This document shows, piece by piece, positions 40,961 through 55,510 of a stretch of 64,000 nt of DNA. The notes beneath the pieces are model-generated. The model saw only the letters and a list, made by a program, of their open reading frames with translations. It did no database searches and was not told the origin of the DNA. Positions within the stretch are counted from its first letter, which is position 1, and each line of letters begins with the position of its first letter. The translations under genes were made by a program, and so were the position numbers. The stretch spans positions 2,356,001 through 2,420,000 of the forward strand of contig MU058213.1 in assembly GCA_013265495.1 (NCBI GenBank), in the 5' to 3' direction. This DNA comes from Vicugna vicugna. Its lineage: Eukaryota.

Positions 40961-43900
40961 TTGGTAGAAGACAAGTCTAAATGTCATGTGTGAAAATGGT
41001 CTGAAAACCCCAAGTGCTCAGCCCAGGGAGTTTAACACATTGCAAGCATACCACTTAGATTTCCACAGAATTCACTTTTGTAATTGTGTCATTAATTTCC
41101 TTTATGTATTTTTTTGGACACCTGGTGAATCTATTTCTTTTGAGCTCTTCTACATAGTTAAAAAAAAAAAAACCCCAAAATTTCTAACACTTACCCAGTA
41201 GGCTCTATCACCTTAGTCTGCTAGGTTGCCAGGTCAGTTTTCCAATATGCAGAGAGAGCATACTAATATTTCTAGAGGGTTGTTGGGAGATTGAAATGAG
41301 GTAACAAATAAAAAGCACTTCAAACATTTTGGACACATAAGTAGGTAGTAAATATTAGTTATTTTTATTAACTGCTTTCACCACACAACTTTCCATGGCT
41401 CCATGATTGTCTTTCTTGGCTGCACAAGAGAACAGTAGGATGGGTTCCCTTTAAGAGGGATGGTCCCCCCACCTTTTCCCTTCCCTATGTAACATCCTTA
41501 CCCATCTTCCTACTCTTTCTTGGCTTCTGTCAGAAGATTTATAAGAACTCAGTCTCTGCCGCAACTGGTAAGAATTAGGCTTTCCACATTACAGTCTCCA
41601 AAATTTCCCTTACTGGAGAAATTCACATTATTTTTGGCCTCTTATGGTTAATAAATTACTCACCTCACACCACTTTCATTATTTCTATATATATTTTTTC
41701 ATTGAAAGTTTGAATTGGAGAATAAACGAGTACTTATAGTTTATAACAAATTTATCCTAATTTGTTATCAGATCAAGTTCCATGTTGTATATTGGCGTGG
41801 AACCACATTGTACTCTAGAGTGCATATTCTATATTGTCCTTATCTTAAATCAAATCATTTATTTTGCTATTGTTCTGTCCTCTTTATTTGGACTCAACCT
41901 ATAAGTTACTTAGGTCAATGGTAATTGGTATTTATTATAAAACAATTTGAGTGAAAACAAATTACTTACTGTCTTCCACGGATAGACACATAACTTTTAG
42001 TCTCTGCACTTCCTGCTACAAAAAAATTTACCTGAGTAATTTTAGCTTCTGCAGTCAATCTTATGTAATGATTGGTTTGAATAAATCTGTCATGAAATTA
42101 TGTCTGTTTTTTCCACTTAGGAACTTATTCTACCATGGTTCTGTCTTCATATTTATAACAAATTTCAAAGACCACATTGTACCTAATCTTTGCTGTGCAA
42201 ACCTTTCTGATGCTTTTGTCCATAAATAGCGAGGTGATACCTAGAGGACAGTAAATAGATTGTTTTTTCCTAAAAAGCACACATCAAGTACACAAAATAC
42301 ACTTGAAAAACAAAAAGCTTATTTTTTTCTCAGAATTATCAAAATGTGATTATTTTCGATTATAAGAAAGAGATGGTTTGCATAATCCTGCGAGCAAAGC
42401 CCACAGGATGAAGAGAAAAATAGAACTTCCTTAGTTAACTCACTGGTTAACATAGGAGGGGAAAAAAAGAGAAAAGGTATATGGCACATGGAGGCAGATG
42501 AGCTTTTTTCCTGTTATAAGTGTGAACAGTTGCTAGATTGGCATTTTGGTGGCTCCAGAACGCTGGCAATTGTTCTTGGCAGGAGACCTGATTACTTTAT
42601 TTCTTAGATTTCTTGTAATTTCCCCATATAGTTATCAATAGGAAAGGCAATTCATTCCCTTCCAGGGTCCTAATTGTTCAAAAAGTGACATATTAGGGTG
42701 ACTCACTTTACATTCCAGTTTCTTGAGCAGGAATTTTTAACAAAATATATGTCTAAAATATGAGCATCTTCCCCTTTGTGGTCCGTAGCTTGTACTGGGC
42801 TACGTAAAGCCTTACCTCCATAAAGGTGTTCCTTACTCTCATTGTTGCAGATTAAAGCAGTGTCTAAACACAGTAAAATTTGCCTTATATTCTAGAATCG
42901 CTTCAGTAATATAAAAATAATTTGGGGGATTTTCTTCATTTTACTTCATTGCAAAAGTGTGATATCCTGGCTAGGAACAGAAAAAATACTGGAAGAACGT
43001 GCATCAAATCATACCTAACTGTGAAAAATTAAATTGTTTTATTTTTTTCTCCTTTAGTGTTTTATTAGTTTATACATTACTTTTGCAAGGAGCATATATT
43101 TTCTTCTTAATCAGAACATACATACATTTTAGAAAATAACATATGTTTGTAGAAGGTTTGAAAAGTTTAGAAACACTTAAAATAGATTAGCAGTAAGTCT
43201 TCCAAATTGCTGAATCCACTCTGTCCTTTAGTCCTAATTCTAGTAATTAGGACTCTGCTTATTCTTTGGACCACCTTCTCCATACGTATGGTACCTGGTT
43301 TACTAAGACCAGAGACTCTCTTGATAACATACCCAGTCCCCATCCTTTCACATCAGCTTGCATGCTATTAGCCGCACCTAATTATTTCTGCCTGTTGTAA
43401 ATGTGTGTATGTGTGTATATGTATATATTTTTTTCTCTTTCTTTTAATCCAACTCCTAAAGGTGAGTTATAGACTTCATTTCCAGTGGTCCATGACTAAT
43501 TTTAGGCTTTCCCTTTGCTTTCTTCTGCTTTATTTTTACTCAGTGCCCCTTATCCTGTCTTTGTCTTATTCCACAAAAACTCCCTACTCTACATCTTTAT
43601 AATCCTAATTGATCTGGTCTTATTTTACTGCTAAAACTACACCTTCTTTCCCCCAAGGTGCAGTATTCCCCTGAGACATAAGAATCTCCCTCTTATGAGA
43701 TATACTTTTACATGCTTTCCTTAGCTGTTCATTTCCTGACCATAATTCCATCTGGTGCTTTGCTGGAGAAAGAAATATTTTCATATGCCATTTATGTTAG
43801 AGTAGTTTTCAGCTTTGATAAACATTTTTCCATATTCCAAAAATCAAGAATGAAAAAAACTCATATTGTTTCCTTGCGACTGGGGATGTATAACCTCTAG

Positions 43901-44510
43901 TGAATTACCTAGTGTATTTCTCCAGCTTCTATAGCTTTTATGTGTTATTGCTTATTTCAATGCCCCATTCAACTGATTTTCGGTGTGCTGTCTAGTGAAT
44001 TTTCCATGTTTCTTATCTTTTGAAATTAGCTTCACTCTTTTTTCATGAAATGGACCATGCCTCTTACCAAACCAAACCAAGCATTTCCATGAAAGCTTCT
44101 CAGCTGTCTGTTCAGAACTGTCTTTTGCTTGTTTTCCTTCAGCATGTTTAATTTGTAGCAGGCATTTCTTACATTTATTACTCCCACTATAGCCCAAGGA
44201 TTTAGAGAACTGACTATATATCACTTGAGTTCAATAAAAAGAAGATGGATATAGGAGATTAGATAAAATATATTAATCATTTCCTTAATCTTAAATTATG
44301 AAGATACATCCATGTTCAAAAACCACACCTTGCCAACTCTGCTAAGTTAATCTGTATTTCTCACTTTTCCTGTGTTCAAAAACAGACTTTGTTATTTTCC
44401 TACCCAGTGTTCCATTGCATTAGAATTATTTTTCCCCTACTAAGATGAACGAGTTACACGATTACAAATATACCTAAATTCCGTTCTCATTTTTTAGTTA
44501 AAGCAAAAAT

Positions 44511-44543
<33 letters not shown>

Positions 44544-44548
44544 TACAC
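44511..44548. repeat. (CT)n(CA)n microsatellite
   Basis: Read directly from the sequence. Confidence 0.95.
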
Positions 44549-45872
44549 CTCACAGCCCCCTAGCCCCTCAGCTCAGTTAGAACATGAAACTGTCTATGAA
44601 GAGCTGATGGTAAATCTGTTATGTCAAGAATCATTCATTTCACTTTGATGAGATTGAATATCACTCTGCTAGGCAGTAAAAAGAAGACAAAGATGAAATA
44701 CGTACTTGTAATTATAAAATAACTCTTAGAAGTTCTTTTCAAGACAGGACATCTTCATTATGGAATGAAACCAAGGGATTTAGTGATTCAGACTCTGTTT
44801 ATTGAAAAATGATGGATCCACTTGTTCTGTCTATATCAACCCTAAGGAGGAGGTCTTCTGTTTGAGTAATTCCCATGTTTTGAACATACTGTTGCTCTGT
44901 AGACTCACTTGAAATACAAAGAGCTTTGACCAGATGCTCATATGATAGTAGGACTGGATCTTGCTGTACAAAAATGAGAAAAAAATCATAGTAAAGTTTA
45001 ATTTCCTGGTAGGGAACCTCCATGTACCATTACTAGACGTATTCTGGGGACTTATCAGCTAGGCTCCTGCAGGATTTATGAAAATAACCATTCATTATGC
45101 ATCAGGTAGTTGTGGGAAATAAGTCACCTGCATAGTAGGTTAGGAGAAGCAAACAGAAAGACTCATCTAAGCAAGTCACCACTGTCGACACTAATACTTA
45201 GTATTTATTTAGGGTTTGAAGTCTTTGGAATGCATTTGTTACCATCGCACAGTTTGGTCTTCAATACATTATGATAGGTAGAGCAGGCAAGTGTGGATTA
45301 GATCGTTTAAGTCTCTCTGTAGATTAAGACTTTTAAGTAACAACATTCATTCATTTCACACAAAAAATGTATTTTACCCTTGCTATGCCCACGGACAGGG
45401 ACAGGCACTGTTTAGGCATGTGGAAGGCAGCTCCTGCCTCACAAAGCCCACTGCAAAGGTTGTGTGATAGGGCCTGTGCTGGGGAACTCAGGTCTGTTGG
45501 CTCTTCCCACCAATGGCTTTAATGTGCTTTTAAAAATTATCTCTCTTCTAAATATAAATCACCATGGGAGAGGCTCTCATTTAACCCTTACCCACCACTA
45601 ATGCTTTCTTATGAGTTAGTTGATGAGCTCCTTCTGAAGGGGTAGGGGAAGAACGCAGTCCCCTGCTGCAAGATCTGTAGAAGTGTGCTTTGGGACTGGG
45701 GAGGGGTGTAGTGTTAGAGAGGGTGCAGAACCCAGAAGGAGAGGCCTGGGTAGGATACAAAAGAGGGGTGAGGATGTTTCTAGAGGGTTAAAGTCAGCAC
45801 TGAGAATATTTTCTATTACTTCATAATTCCACTAAGAACCAACTTAAACCAAGGATAGCAATAATTTCCTTC

Positions 45873-46916
45873 CTTTTATTGAAGTATAGATGATTTACGA
45901 TATTTTAGGTGCACAGCAAAGTGATTCATTTATATATATATCTGTTCTTTATCAGATTATTTTCCATTATAGGTTATTACAAAATATTGCTATAATTCCC
46001 TGTGCTATACAGTAGGTCCTTGTTGTTATCTCTTTTATATATAGTAGTGTGTACATGTTAATCCCAAACTCCTAATTTATCCACCCCTTTCCCCTCTGGT
46101 AAGCGTAAGTTTGTTTTCTATGTCTGTGAGACTGTATCTGTTTGTAAATAAGTCCATTTGTATCATTTTTTTTAGATTTTACATGTAAGTGATATGATAT
46201 TTGTCTTTCTCTTTCTCACTTACTTCACTTAGTATGATCGTCTCTAGGTCTGTCCATCTTGCTGCAAAGGGCACTATTTCATTCCTTTTTATGGCTGAGT
46301 ACTGTTGTATTTGTGTGTGTGTGTGTGTGTGTGTGTGTACCACATCTTTATCCATTCATCTGGTGATGGACACTTAGTTTGTTTCTATATCTTGGCTATT
46401 GTAAATAGTGCTGCAGTGAACACTGGGGTACATGTATCTTTTCAAATTAGAGTTTTCTCCAGATATATGCTCAGAACTGGGATTGCTGAATCATATGATA
46501 ACTCTATTTTTAGCTTTTTTAAGGAACCTCCATACTGTCCTGCATAGTGGCTGCACCAATTTACATTCCCACCAATAGTGTAGGAAGGTTCCTTTCTCTC
46601 CATACCCTCTCCAGCATTTATTATTTTGGCCTTTTGGTGATGGCCATTCTGACCGGTGTGAGGTGAGACCTCATTGTAGTTTTGATTTGCATTTCTTTAG
46701 TAATTAGCGGTGTTGAGCATTTTTTTCCTGTGCCTGTTGGACATCTGAATGTCTTCTTTGGAGAATTGTCTGTGTATGTATTCTGTCCATTATTTTGATT
46801 GTGTTTTTTTTTATATGAGCTATATGAGTTGTTTGTATATTTTGGAAATTAATACCTTGTTGGTTTCATCATTTGCAAATATTTTCTCCCATTCCATAGG
46901 CGGTTTTTTCATTTTT
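45873..46916 (-). mobile_element. Laurasiatherian/cetartiodactyl-type L1, 3' about 1 kb, with an internal (TG)n
   Basis: ttttattgaagtatag...ccctgtgctatacagtagg...gtggctgcaccaatttacattcccaccaa...gatggccattctgaccggtgtgagg. ORFs 46305 and 46749 are antisense L1 reading frames. Confidence 0.92.
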
Positions 46917-47319
46917 ACTTTTTTCAATTCATGTTTCCTGTTCCCCTGTCTCAAGCCAGAGACGAGGTTAGGCACTGAGGATTGATACAGCAGTGAGCAT
47001 GCTGTTGTTCATCCCTGCCTTGATGGAGTTCACAGGATAGAGGGACGTAGGCATTATCAAGTTACCAGAGCTCTCTGCTGCTAAAAGAAGCCTACGCAGC
47101 AGTAGAATCCAGTCTTACCTGAACATCAGAGAGTTTTCATGCTCAGATAACTGAATTGGGCCCTAGAACACTGGCCCAGTGGAGTTATTATGATGGCCAT
47201 TATTACTGAAATCAGCAACCAAGGGGTTCCCTCAAAAGCACATTTTCACGAAAAAGTGGTAAAATGGTTTGCTTTATGTTCAGATTCTCCAGATTAACTG
47301 ATATGGCTTGCTTTGGTAA

Positions 47320-47661
<342 letters not shown>

Positions 47662-48019
47662 TAATGCTCCCCCAGAGATGCACTGCCCATCAAGTCTCAC
47701 GGCTGATGGTGTGTTCCTACAGTGGTGAACTCAACACTTTCTGATTCCCCAGAATGAGTGCCTGGAGTTCAGTTGCACTCAGACCAAGTAGAAAAGTTCC
47801 AGGTGACTTCCAGTCTGTTTTCAATCTTGTCTCGTGACAGCCTTATGTGGTAAGTTGGTATATGTAAAGTTGTGTCCCTCAAACAGGGGTTGAGGCACAC
47901 CCTGGTCATTGAAGCAACTGGCATTCTTTTCCAAACCTGTCTGATGGCTGCCTGAAGGAGCCATGCTTTTCTGCAGCCCTGGAATTGGGAGGTCTTGTGT
48001 GTCAAAGACACATCGGACT

Positions 48020-48195
48020 TACCAGAAAGGTGACCTTGAACAAGTTTTTCTGACTTCTCAGGGCTTCATTTTCTTCCACCAAATAAACAGGAATAATACA
48101 GTTTACTTCAGTGGGTTTTTTTTTTTTTAGATTAAATGAAATAGTTTATCCTAAGAGTCTGACACACAGTAGATGCTCAATGAATACTAATGACC
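48020..48195 (+). mobile_element. MIR SINE fragment
   Basis: gtgaccttgaacaagtt...ttcattttctt...gacacacagtagatgctcaatgaat. Confidence 0.75.
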
Positions 48196-51100
48196 TTCCC
48201 CATTCTTTTACATTTCTGAATAGGTAGATGTCACTTTGACTTTTATGACAGCTTAATCTTAAATTTTCCATTTCCAAAAACAAAAAAATCCTTTATACTG
48301 ATACACTTTATCTTAGATCCAGAAATGCAAAAACATCACACTGTAAAATACATATTCTTGACTTTCAACTGCTGGATTTGTTTGGTTGTGTCTGCTGACC
48401 TTAAATAGCTAAAAAAACTCACTGCAAAAGAAATTTATTTAATCATGGATTTTCATTTTCACATAATGTATTTATTCACATCTAAATATTGTCCCCTCTG
48501 TTTGTTATTTATGTGAATGCAGTCAATGCAAAGGGCAGGAGTTGTCTGAAATTGAGGAGGGCAGGGGAAAACATCAAAATAAAAATTAAATCAGAAATGC
48601 TGCCACAGCTGGCTCTTGTAGTAATGGTCACACACATTCTACACTTTGCTCTATCTGGTTAGAATTCTTCCAACACAGTCAGATCAGATTGAGATTGTTA
48701 ATGGTAATGCATGTGTTTTTAAAAGCAAAATAGTGCCTCTTTTTTTGACAAATAAAGATATATTTGGGAAAGACTAATTGGAAGGGGGATTGACACAGTG
48801 TTACTTGGCCAATTTACTTGCAAAATCTCATAACACAATTAAAATTCAGTCCACCTGTGTGAAAAGAATTGTGAACAGGCATCTTAAGAAATAATCATAC
48901 TGGGGTAGTGACATTTTGGAAAAAAAAAACGTGTAGGAAATGTATTGCCATCTAGAAACAAATGGCTTGAATCCATTAAAGAAAAATTGATGCAGATCAC
49001 ATCTAATGAGCTCAATCTTTCAGTCCTTTAGAGAAGAGAGATGCCACCCATTCATTAAACTTTAGAAACATTTTCATAGTCTGTTTCCATTTCTTAAGAC
49101 AGCAAGCATTATTTGATATTGGTTAAATAAATCAGGCAAGCTTTTCATTGAAGTAATTCATTAAAATGCACGTGTAAATTGCAAGAATCAAAAATAATGC
49201 AGAAAAATGAGGGTAGGTTTCTATGCCTCAGGAAGGGGACATTTTCCTTAGTAACACCTTACTTTTCCCTAAAACCCATACTGTCACATTGAACAGAAAG
49301 AGATTTTGGTAGCATATGAATACAACTTTACCACTTTCCACAGTAACTGTCAATACAATTGAAAATTATTCCTACAAAATTGGTGACATTTTCTTCAGAA
49401 ATTTTTCTTTTCGTTGCTTTAAGCAAGAAGTTTGCAATGGTAACACCTTATGTGAAATAGTTCCTCCTATACTGAAACAGAAACAAAAGAAGAAAATAAA
49501 AAGAGAAATCAGCGTTGGAAATATAGCTAATGCAGTGTCCTGTAAACGTAAGGAGGTTCTATGATTACCTTCTCAGAATGGTCATTCAGTTTCTGTTGGA
49601 ACACCTACAGAGAAAAGTTAACACCTTGGCAAGCAGCTTAATTTATACTAGAAAATTCTAGCTTATGAATTAAAATTTGAACCAAGTCCTGCCTTTTGGC
49701 AGCTTCTATCCTTTAAGCCAGATCTTGTCTCTGGAGAAAATATTTAATAAATTGACTTCTATTGTGTATGATAGCTTTTCAAATACTTGAAGGTAATCAT
49801 CTTTAGATATCTAGAGCTCATATTATCTTGCTAATTCTTTTCTGAAGACAGTGCAGCCTTTCAATATACATACACATATGCTCAGAATAAAACAAGAAAA
49901 AAGTTTACAGTTGAGTGGCAGAGGGTGAGTATGCCTTACATAATGTCATAGAGGTAACCTATGCAAAAAAGCAAGGGAGATCAGTGTATTTTTTTCATAG
50001 TCTTTAGCTACTTGAGAAAGATCTGGCTTCTAATCCTGTCACTCGTAGAATATTATAAAACCTCTCTGAGCACTTTTTTTTCCCATATGTGCGAAAAGAG
50101 TTAATAAACTTGTGAATGCCCTCCAGCTAAAGACCGCCAGGAACATACCTTCGGTTTCAAAAGTTCGGTTTATTACCTACTGCTTTGATGGAGAATGTAC
50201 ACCAGGGTGAACCACAGGGTGTCTCAGTGAAAGGGTGTTAGAAAGCACAGGATTCCTCTGGATCGGGCGTTGTCTGGAAGTGAGGGCAATTCCATGATGG
50301 GGTATCTTTTAAAAAAATCTTTTCTACCAGGAGAGCAGACGGGAGTGAGACTGATAGCTATATTTCCTAAAGAAAGAGCAGTCACTCAGTTCAGTCAGGA
50401 GAAGGGATGTTTGGTATTTTGTGGTTGCACGGTGACCTTGTTTTCATCAACAGTTAAGAAAAATGATAAAGTGGGCTCGTTTGTCTTGCTTTAAGAGGGA
50501 CTCTGTGTGAAATTGGTGTCCTGCGAGATTGCTAACACCCAGCTGGAGAGCCACTTAGCCACTTAGCCTGGCTGGCTTCCGACCACAGTGTCAACCAGTC
50601 ATGTCAGCCAGGTTTCCAGGTGTCAGGTTATTTTAAAAAAGAGGAAAAAAAGAGAAATCTTGTGTTTGTTTTCTTTTTGTTTGTTTTTAAGTGATATGAA
50701 GAAATCTATGTAGCTGAGAATGGTAAGACCAAAAAGATCTTTTTTCTTCCATCTCTCCCTTGCTTTCTTCTTTTTTCCCTACATAGTAAAAATGTTCTTG
50801 TAATTGGGCCCCCCACTTTTTTTTATGATTAATTTGTTTTCCTAATCCCTATACATCATTTTGGAAATGACTGGGGAGTCTTGAGAAAGTGAGTATCAAC
50901 AAAATGTTCATGAGATACTGTAGCTTTGACATACAGTTGAAAGAGTGCATTCTTGATTTTGCCCCTTTTGGTAGGCAGAGATTTCTAAACTTGTTCTAAA
51001 AGTTTGTATTTCCTAAAAGTTGGATGATTGAATGTGGTGGGGTTGGTATGGGTGGAGGGAAGGGAACAATTGTTTTTGCTGGTTTGGGGCTGTGAGCTTA

Positions 51101-52416
51101 CTGACAGCGAAGTCACTTTCTAGAAGGTGGCAGTTCCTTGAAAGGAGGCTACCTGCCCACGTTCTCCCACCGTCGGTGACGGGGCCACGTACAGAAGTGG
51201 GAGATGATTCTATGCTAGATCTGTGTTCCTCCAATTACCCTTTTGTTAAACTCCAGTCCTTTGTTGTTTGTGAGAAATCGTGTGGTGTTTGTGGCTTTGA
51301 TCTTACAAGAAAAAGGAGGCAGCTGACTTGAAGACGGGGGAGTTGTAGATCTGTACCTTGAAAGATTGAAGGCATGTTAAAAGAGGAGGGTTAAGATTAC
51401 CCTGGTTGTAAAGCAGCTAAAGGGAAAGGGTAGGAAATGCCAACTATGCCCACCTACATGATTTCATGGGAAAGAAAAACAGAGGCGTCAAAGGCAGGTC
51501 CACCTACATGACTTTACTGAGATAGAAAAGAAAAGCAATGAAGTTTCTCATGCTCAACACTCTTAGGGAGACACACGGCCCAGTGTCAGACTTTCCAGGT
51601 TTGCTAACCACCTGCTCCCTCTGGATTCACCAGCTTCAAATGCAGGCAAGCATTTATGCATGTTCATAGTAAATAATAATAATAGCTATGATTAGGATTA
51701 TTTTTCTCAGTCTCTTTGATCTCTTGTCTTTTATGTTCAAGCATGTCATTGGCGCCCATCTAGCATTTAGCTTGTGCAGACACGTGAAATTTAGATGCTT
51801 TGGGTAATGAATACAAATTAAAGAAAAATGAAGGGTTCTGGTTTATTGGCTGTCCTATTAAATTAAGTGAAAAAAGAACCATGTAGGGAAAGTTTGCTCC
51901 TGTCTAAGGTTGAATTCTCTTGCAGTTTTGTTATACATAATTGTTTTGTCGGATCTGTCAATCAGGTGTTTTTAACGGTAACAGAGGTGCATCCCCTTTG
52001 GATATGGTAATACTCTTTACAAAGTGCTTTCACTGTATAATCTCTTTTGATCTCATTTATTGTTGATCTCTGGTTGGCATGCAACTGTATTTCAATGAAG
52101 CTGATAGATCTGCTACACACTTTGAAGGAAGACTAGTGTAAATACAGATCTTTCTATCCCTGAATAAGCCTGAAGGAAAATAAGCCTAAAGAGTTGGAAA
52201 TTCACAACAAATTGAAAACATTTAAGAAATAGTTTTATTAGAAAAATAAGATATGTGGGTTCAATAAGTAACCAGGCAATGAAAAGTAGTTGTAGATGAG
52301 TTACAGAAATTACGAATTTGCCTTTGTATCCCTGAACTAAATAAATCTAATTTGAATCATTTTCTTTGGATCAAAAATATAAAAGTAGAACTTTTAAAAA
52401 GCTACATATCTTTCTA

Positions 52417-52934
52417 AGTGAAATTTTGCCCTTTATGAGAACACAGATGGACTTGGAAGGCAATATGCTAAGTGAGACAGGTCAAAGAAAGACAACTACT
52501 GTATTGATATCAGTTATATATGGAATCTAAAGTTACAACAAACTAGTGAATGTAACAACAACAAGAAAACAGATTCACAGAGAGAACAAATCAGTGATTA
52601 CCGGGCGGAAAGGGAAAGGAGGAGGGGCAAGATAGGGGTAGGAGAATAAGAGCTGGAAACTATTAGATATAAACAAACCACAAGGATACTGTGCACGCAG
52701 GGGATACAGCCAGTATTTTATAATAACTGTAAGTGGAGTATAACTTCTGGGAAAAAAAGCAGAGAAGGAGATCTGGCATTTTCTTCATTCACCTCTGCTG
52801 TTTGACTTGTTTCAAGGAACATACGTTTGCCACTGTAGCTCAGAAGGAAAATCCAATAAAGCATATTTTTAGAAATGTAGAAGGAAAAAAGAAAGCTGAT
52901 GACACTAAATAAATAAATAAATAAGTAAATAAAT
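52417..52934 (+). mobile_element. 5'-truncated L1 3' end plus about 155 nt of extra sequence and a (TAAA)n tail, flanked by a TSD
   Basis: L1 gatggacttggaaggc...tggaatctaaa...ggagtataac runs to about 52748. TSD copies are agctacatatctttcta (52400-52416) and agctacgtatcttttcta (52935-52952). Confidence 0.85.
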
Positions 52935-55282
52935 AGCTACGTATCTTTTCTAGAAAAAGCAGATAAGAGACTCAAACATAAGTTGGCTATTTCACAACAC
53001 AGGGGTCTGTCTGTTGTCTGTACATATCAGAGTAGATGCTCCAAGGTCAAGAGTGTTGGTGAAGGATTTCAAAGCCAATTGTGAGGCTTTTCTAATGAAT
53101 TTTTTAAAAGAATTCAAGAGTCAGTCATTAAGTACAGAGATTTGATTTCTTCGGAAGAAAAACCTCTTGACATTTCAGCCTTGAATTTGGGAGTTATTGC
53201 TGGACTGAGCATGTATTCTGTGGGTGGTGGTCAGTTGGCTCTTCCAGAATCTAGAAAAATGATGCAAAATACATTATAAACTCTTGGAGCTTTAACACTT
53301 TTTGTTAGAGCTTTGATGGCATTAATAGCCACAACCATAATAGTTGTTTAGAAATTTGGGGGAAGTCGGCATTTTTATAACACTTCTAACCCTTGGCATG
53401 TTCTTAAGATGGCCTTTACAAATCAGACTTCTGAGGCAATTTGAATCTTGCAGATGACTTTCACACAACTGCTGTCCTTTCTATTCAATGAATAAGCTAA
53501 TACTTGAAGTAAAATGTTAGGTGGGGAGTCGCAGCTATATGGCCTAAGCTAATTTTGCTTCATAAAAATTACGCATTTTGGAGTTAAGCCATTATTGATG
53601 AATTACAAACATGCTTAATTGCTTGAGGGTACACAATTCACAGCTGTCCTAGGGCATGTTTCAGCAGATGACTAGGGCATTTAGAATGTCCTTTCAAATT
53701 ACATCTTAAATGGAGTACAGTAATTTTTACTATTCTTTTAAAAATATGGTTTAACTCCTCAAAGGTTAAAACAGAAAAGATAGACAGGGTAACTGTTCTT
53801 CCTACCACTAGAATATTCATCTCTTGTAGCTTAATCTAATTACACCTTGAAGTCTATGAAGGTACTTTTTCCACTTTAGGAAACAAACATTGTATTTTCA
53901 AATAAATGAAACTTTTCACCAAATCACTGCTGTCAAATTTTATATGTATTTATTATAAAGGGGGGTGATAGTTGACCTTTCCTTTTCTGATCAATTTTTA
54001 AATTGAGCATAAGATTCACAGAATTAGATTCAAAGATTACTGAGGCTATCCTTTGTGGTGGGAATTGTACAGATAAATTATCACATTCACTTCTTTAAAC
54101 ATTTTATGAGATATTATGCCTATTTCAGAAATATATTTCAAAAAGTATAATACGGGTTGGACAATATTTAGAGTCATGTAGGTAAAAAAATTACAATTCC
54201 TATAAACACAAGTTTTCTTATTTTCACTGCATCTCAGTTGCTTCTGTGCCAAAAAAAAAGGGGGGGGAGGTTTCAGTGGTGGCATTTCCCACAGACCCTG
54301 ATATGTGGGCTTTTGCTTTCCTACTTCAAACTCAGTAAGGGATTATGAGAATTACAATTAAGGCCCACTATTCTTGGAATATTGAGTTAACCCAGAGGCC
54401 ACACAGAGCACCAGGACTGTCTGGCTGGCAGTCAGAGAAGGCAAGGGACCCCAGAGTTGGCTTTTGGAAATCCTTCACTGCCAGGATTTGTGTTATACAC
54501 AAAAATACCCAGAAAGTTGAGACTAATCTTAAAAACTAATGTCCTAGAAATCAAAAAAGGGTTTTAAGTGGAAAGTAAAAATTCAGCCTGTTTAAAGCTA
54601 TGGCCACATCATAAAATGAAGACTTCAAGTCTGTGGTCCATGAGGTACTTGAGAGGTTATCTAGCCCAGTGGTTTCCAAATCCATTTTAAATAGCAGAAT
54701 CTCTTTTATTCCAAGTAAAACCTTACGCTATATTTCAATATAACAAATAGTGGTGGTCATTTATTTTGCAAGGAAAAAAATGTAAGCTTTTCATTTTAAA
54801 TCTCATCAATACAAATAATTAGGTGCTTTAGGTGAGCACAAGTGTTTGAAATAATGACTTTCAAATGACATTTGCCATATTCATTCAGTCTGTTTCTCAG
54901 TTTTGTTTTGGTTACCCATTGAGTAAATACCAGTGGTATATATAACACATTTGATTGTGTGCATTCTTTTTGGTTTTGAAATTTGCTTTTGAAAATTCAG
55001 ACCCAATATTTGCACAGCCATGACTCAGTTCAATAATTCAGCTGAAAAAACTGGGATCATTGAAGTCCATTTACTTGCCACTAACACAAGGGTGGGTTGT
55101 TCTAAATCTCCGCCTAGTGCTTATTCTTTTGATATTTTGTGAAAAAGCCACCCTGCCTGCCTCCTGAAAATGAAAGCATTCATTCATTCTCATGTTCTCC
55201 TTTTCTTTTCCCCCTCCCTCTCTTGGGCCATCAAAAAGTAACTTCATGTATACTTACATCACTATTGATTTTTCTATTATAG

Positions 55283-55510
55283 GAGCAGCTGAAAAGAGTT
55301 CTAAGCATGGTGCGGAAGACAAGACTCAGACCATTATCACAGCTATGAAAGAAAGAATGAAGATCAGGGAGAAAAACAGGCCAGAGGTATTTGAAGTCAT
55401 TCAGGAAATGTTTCAGATTTCTAAAGAAGATTTTTTGCAGTACACAAAGGCGGCCAAACAGAGTGTCCTGGATGGGACATCTAAGTGGTCAGCAAAAATA
55501 ACCATTACAG
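55283..55510 (+). CDS. UNC13C: UNC13C coding exon, 228 nt, C1-C2B linker and start of C2B: (R)[15 protein letters not shown]...[16 protein letters not shown](V)
   Basis: Acceptor tttctattatag| and donor |gtaaaa. Phase 1/1, with the conserved Munc13 motif [18 protein letters not shown]. Confidence 0.97.

Noticed and set aside
43230..43254. Hairpin AGTCCTAATT-5nt-AATTAGGACT
   Set aside because: An AT-rich 10-bp stem with a loop is near chance expectation and has no supporting context.
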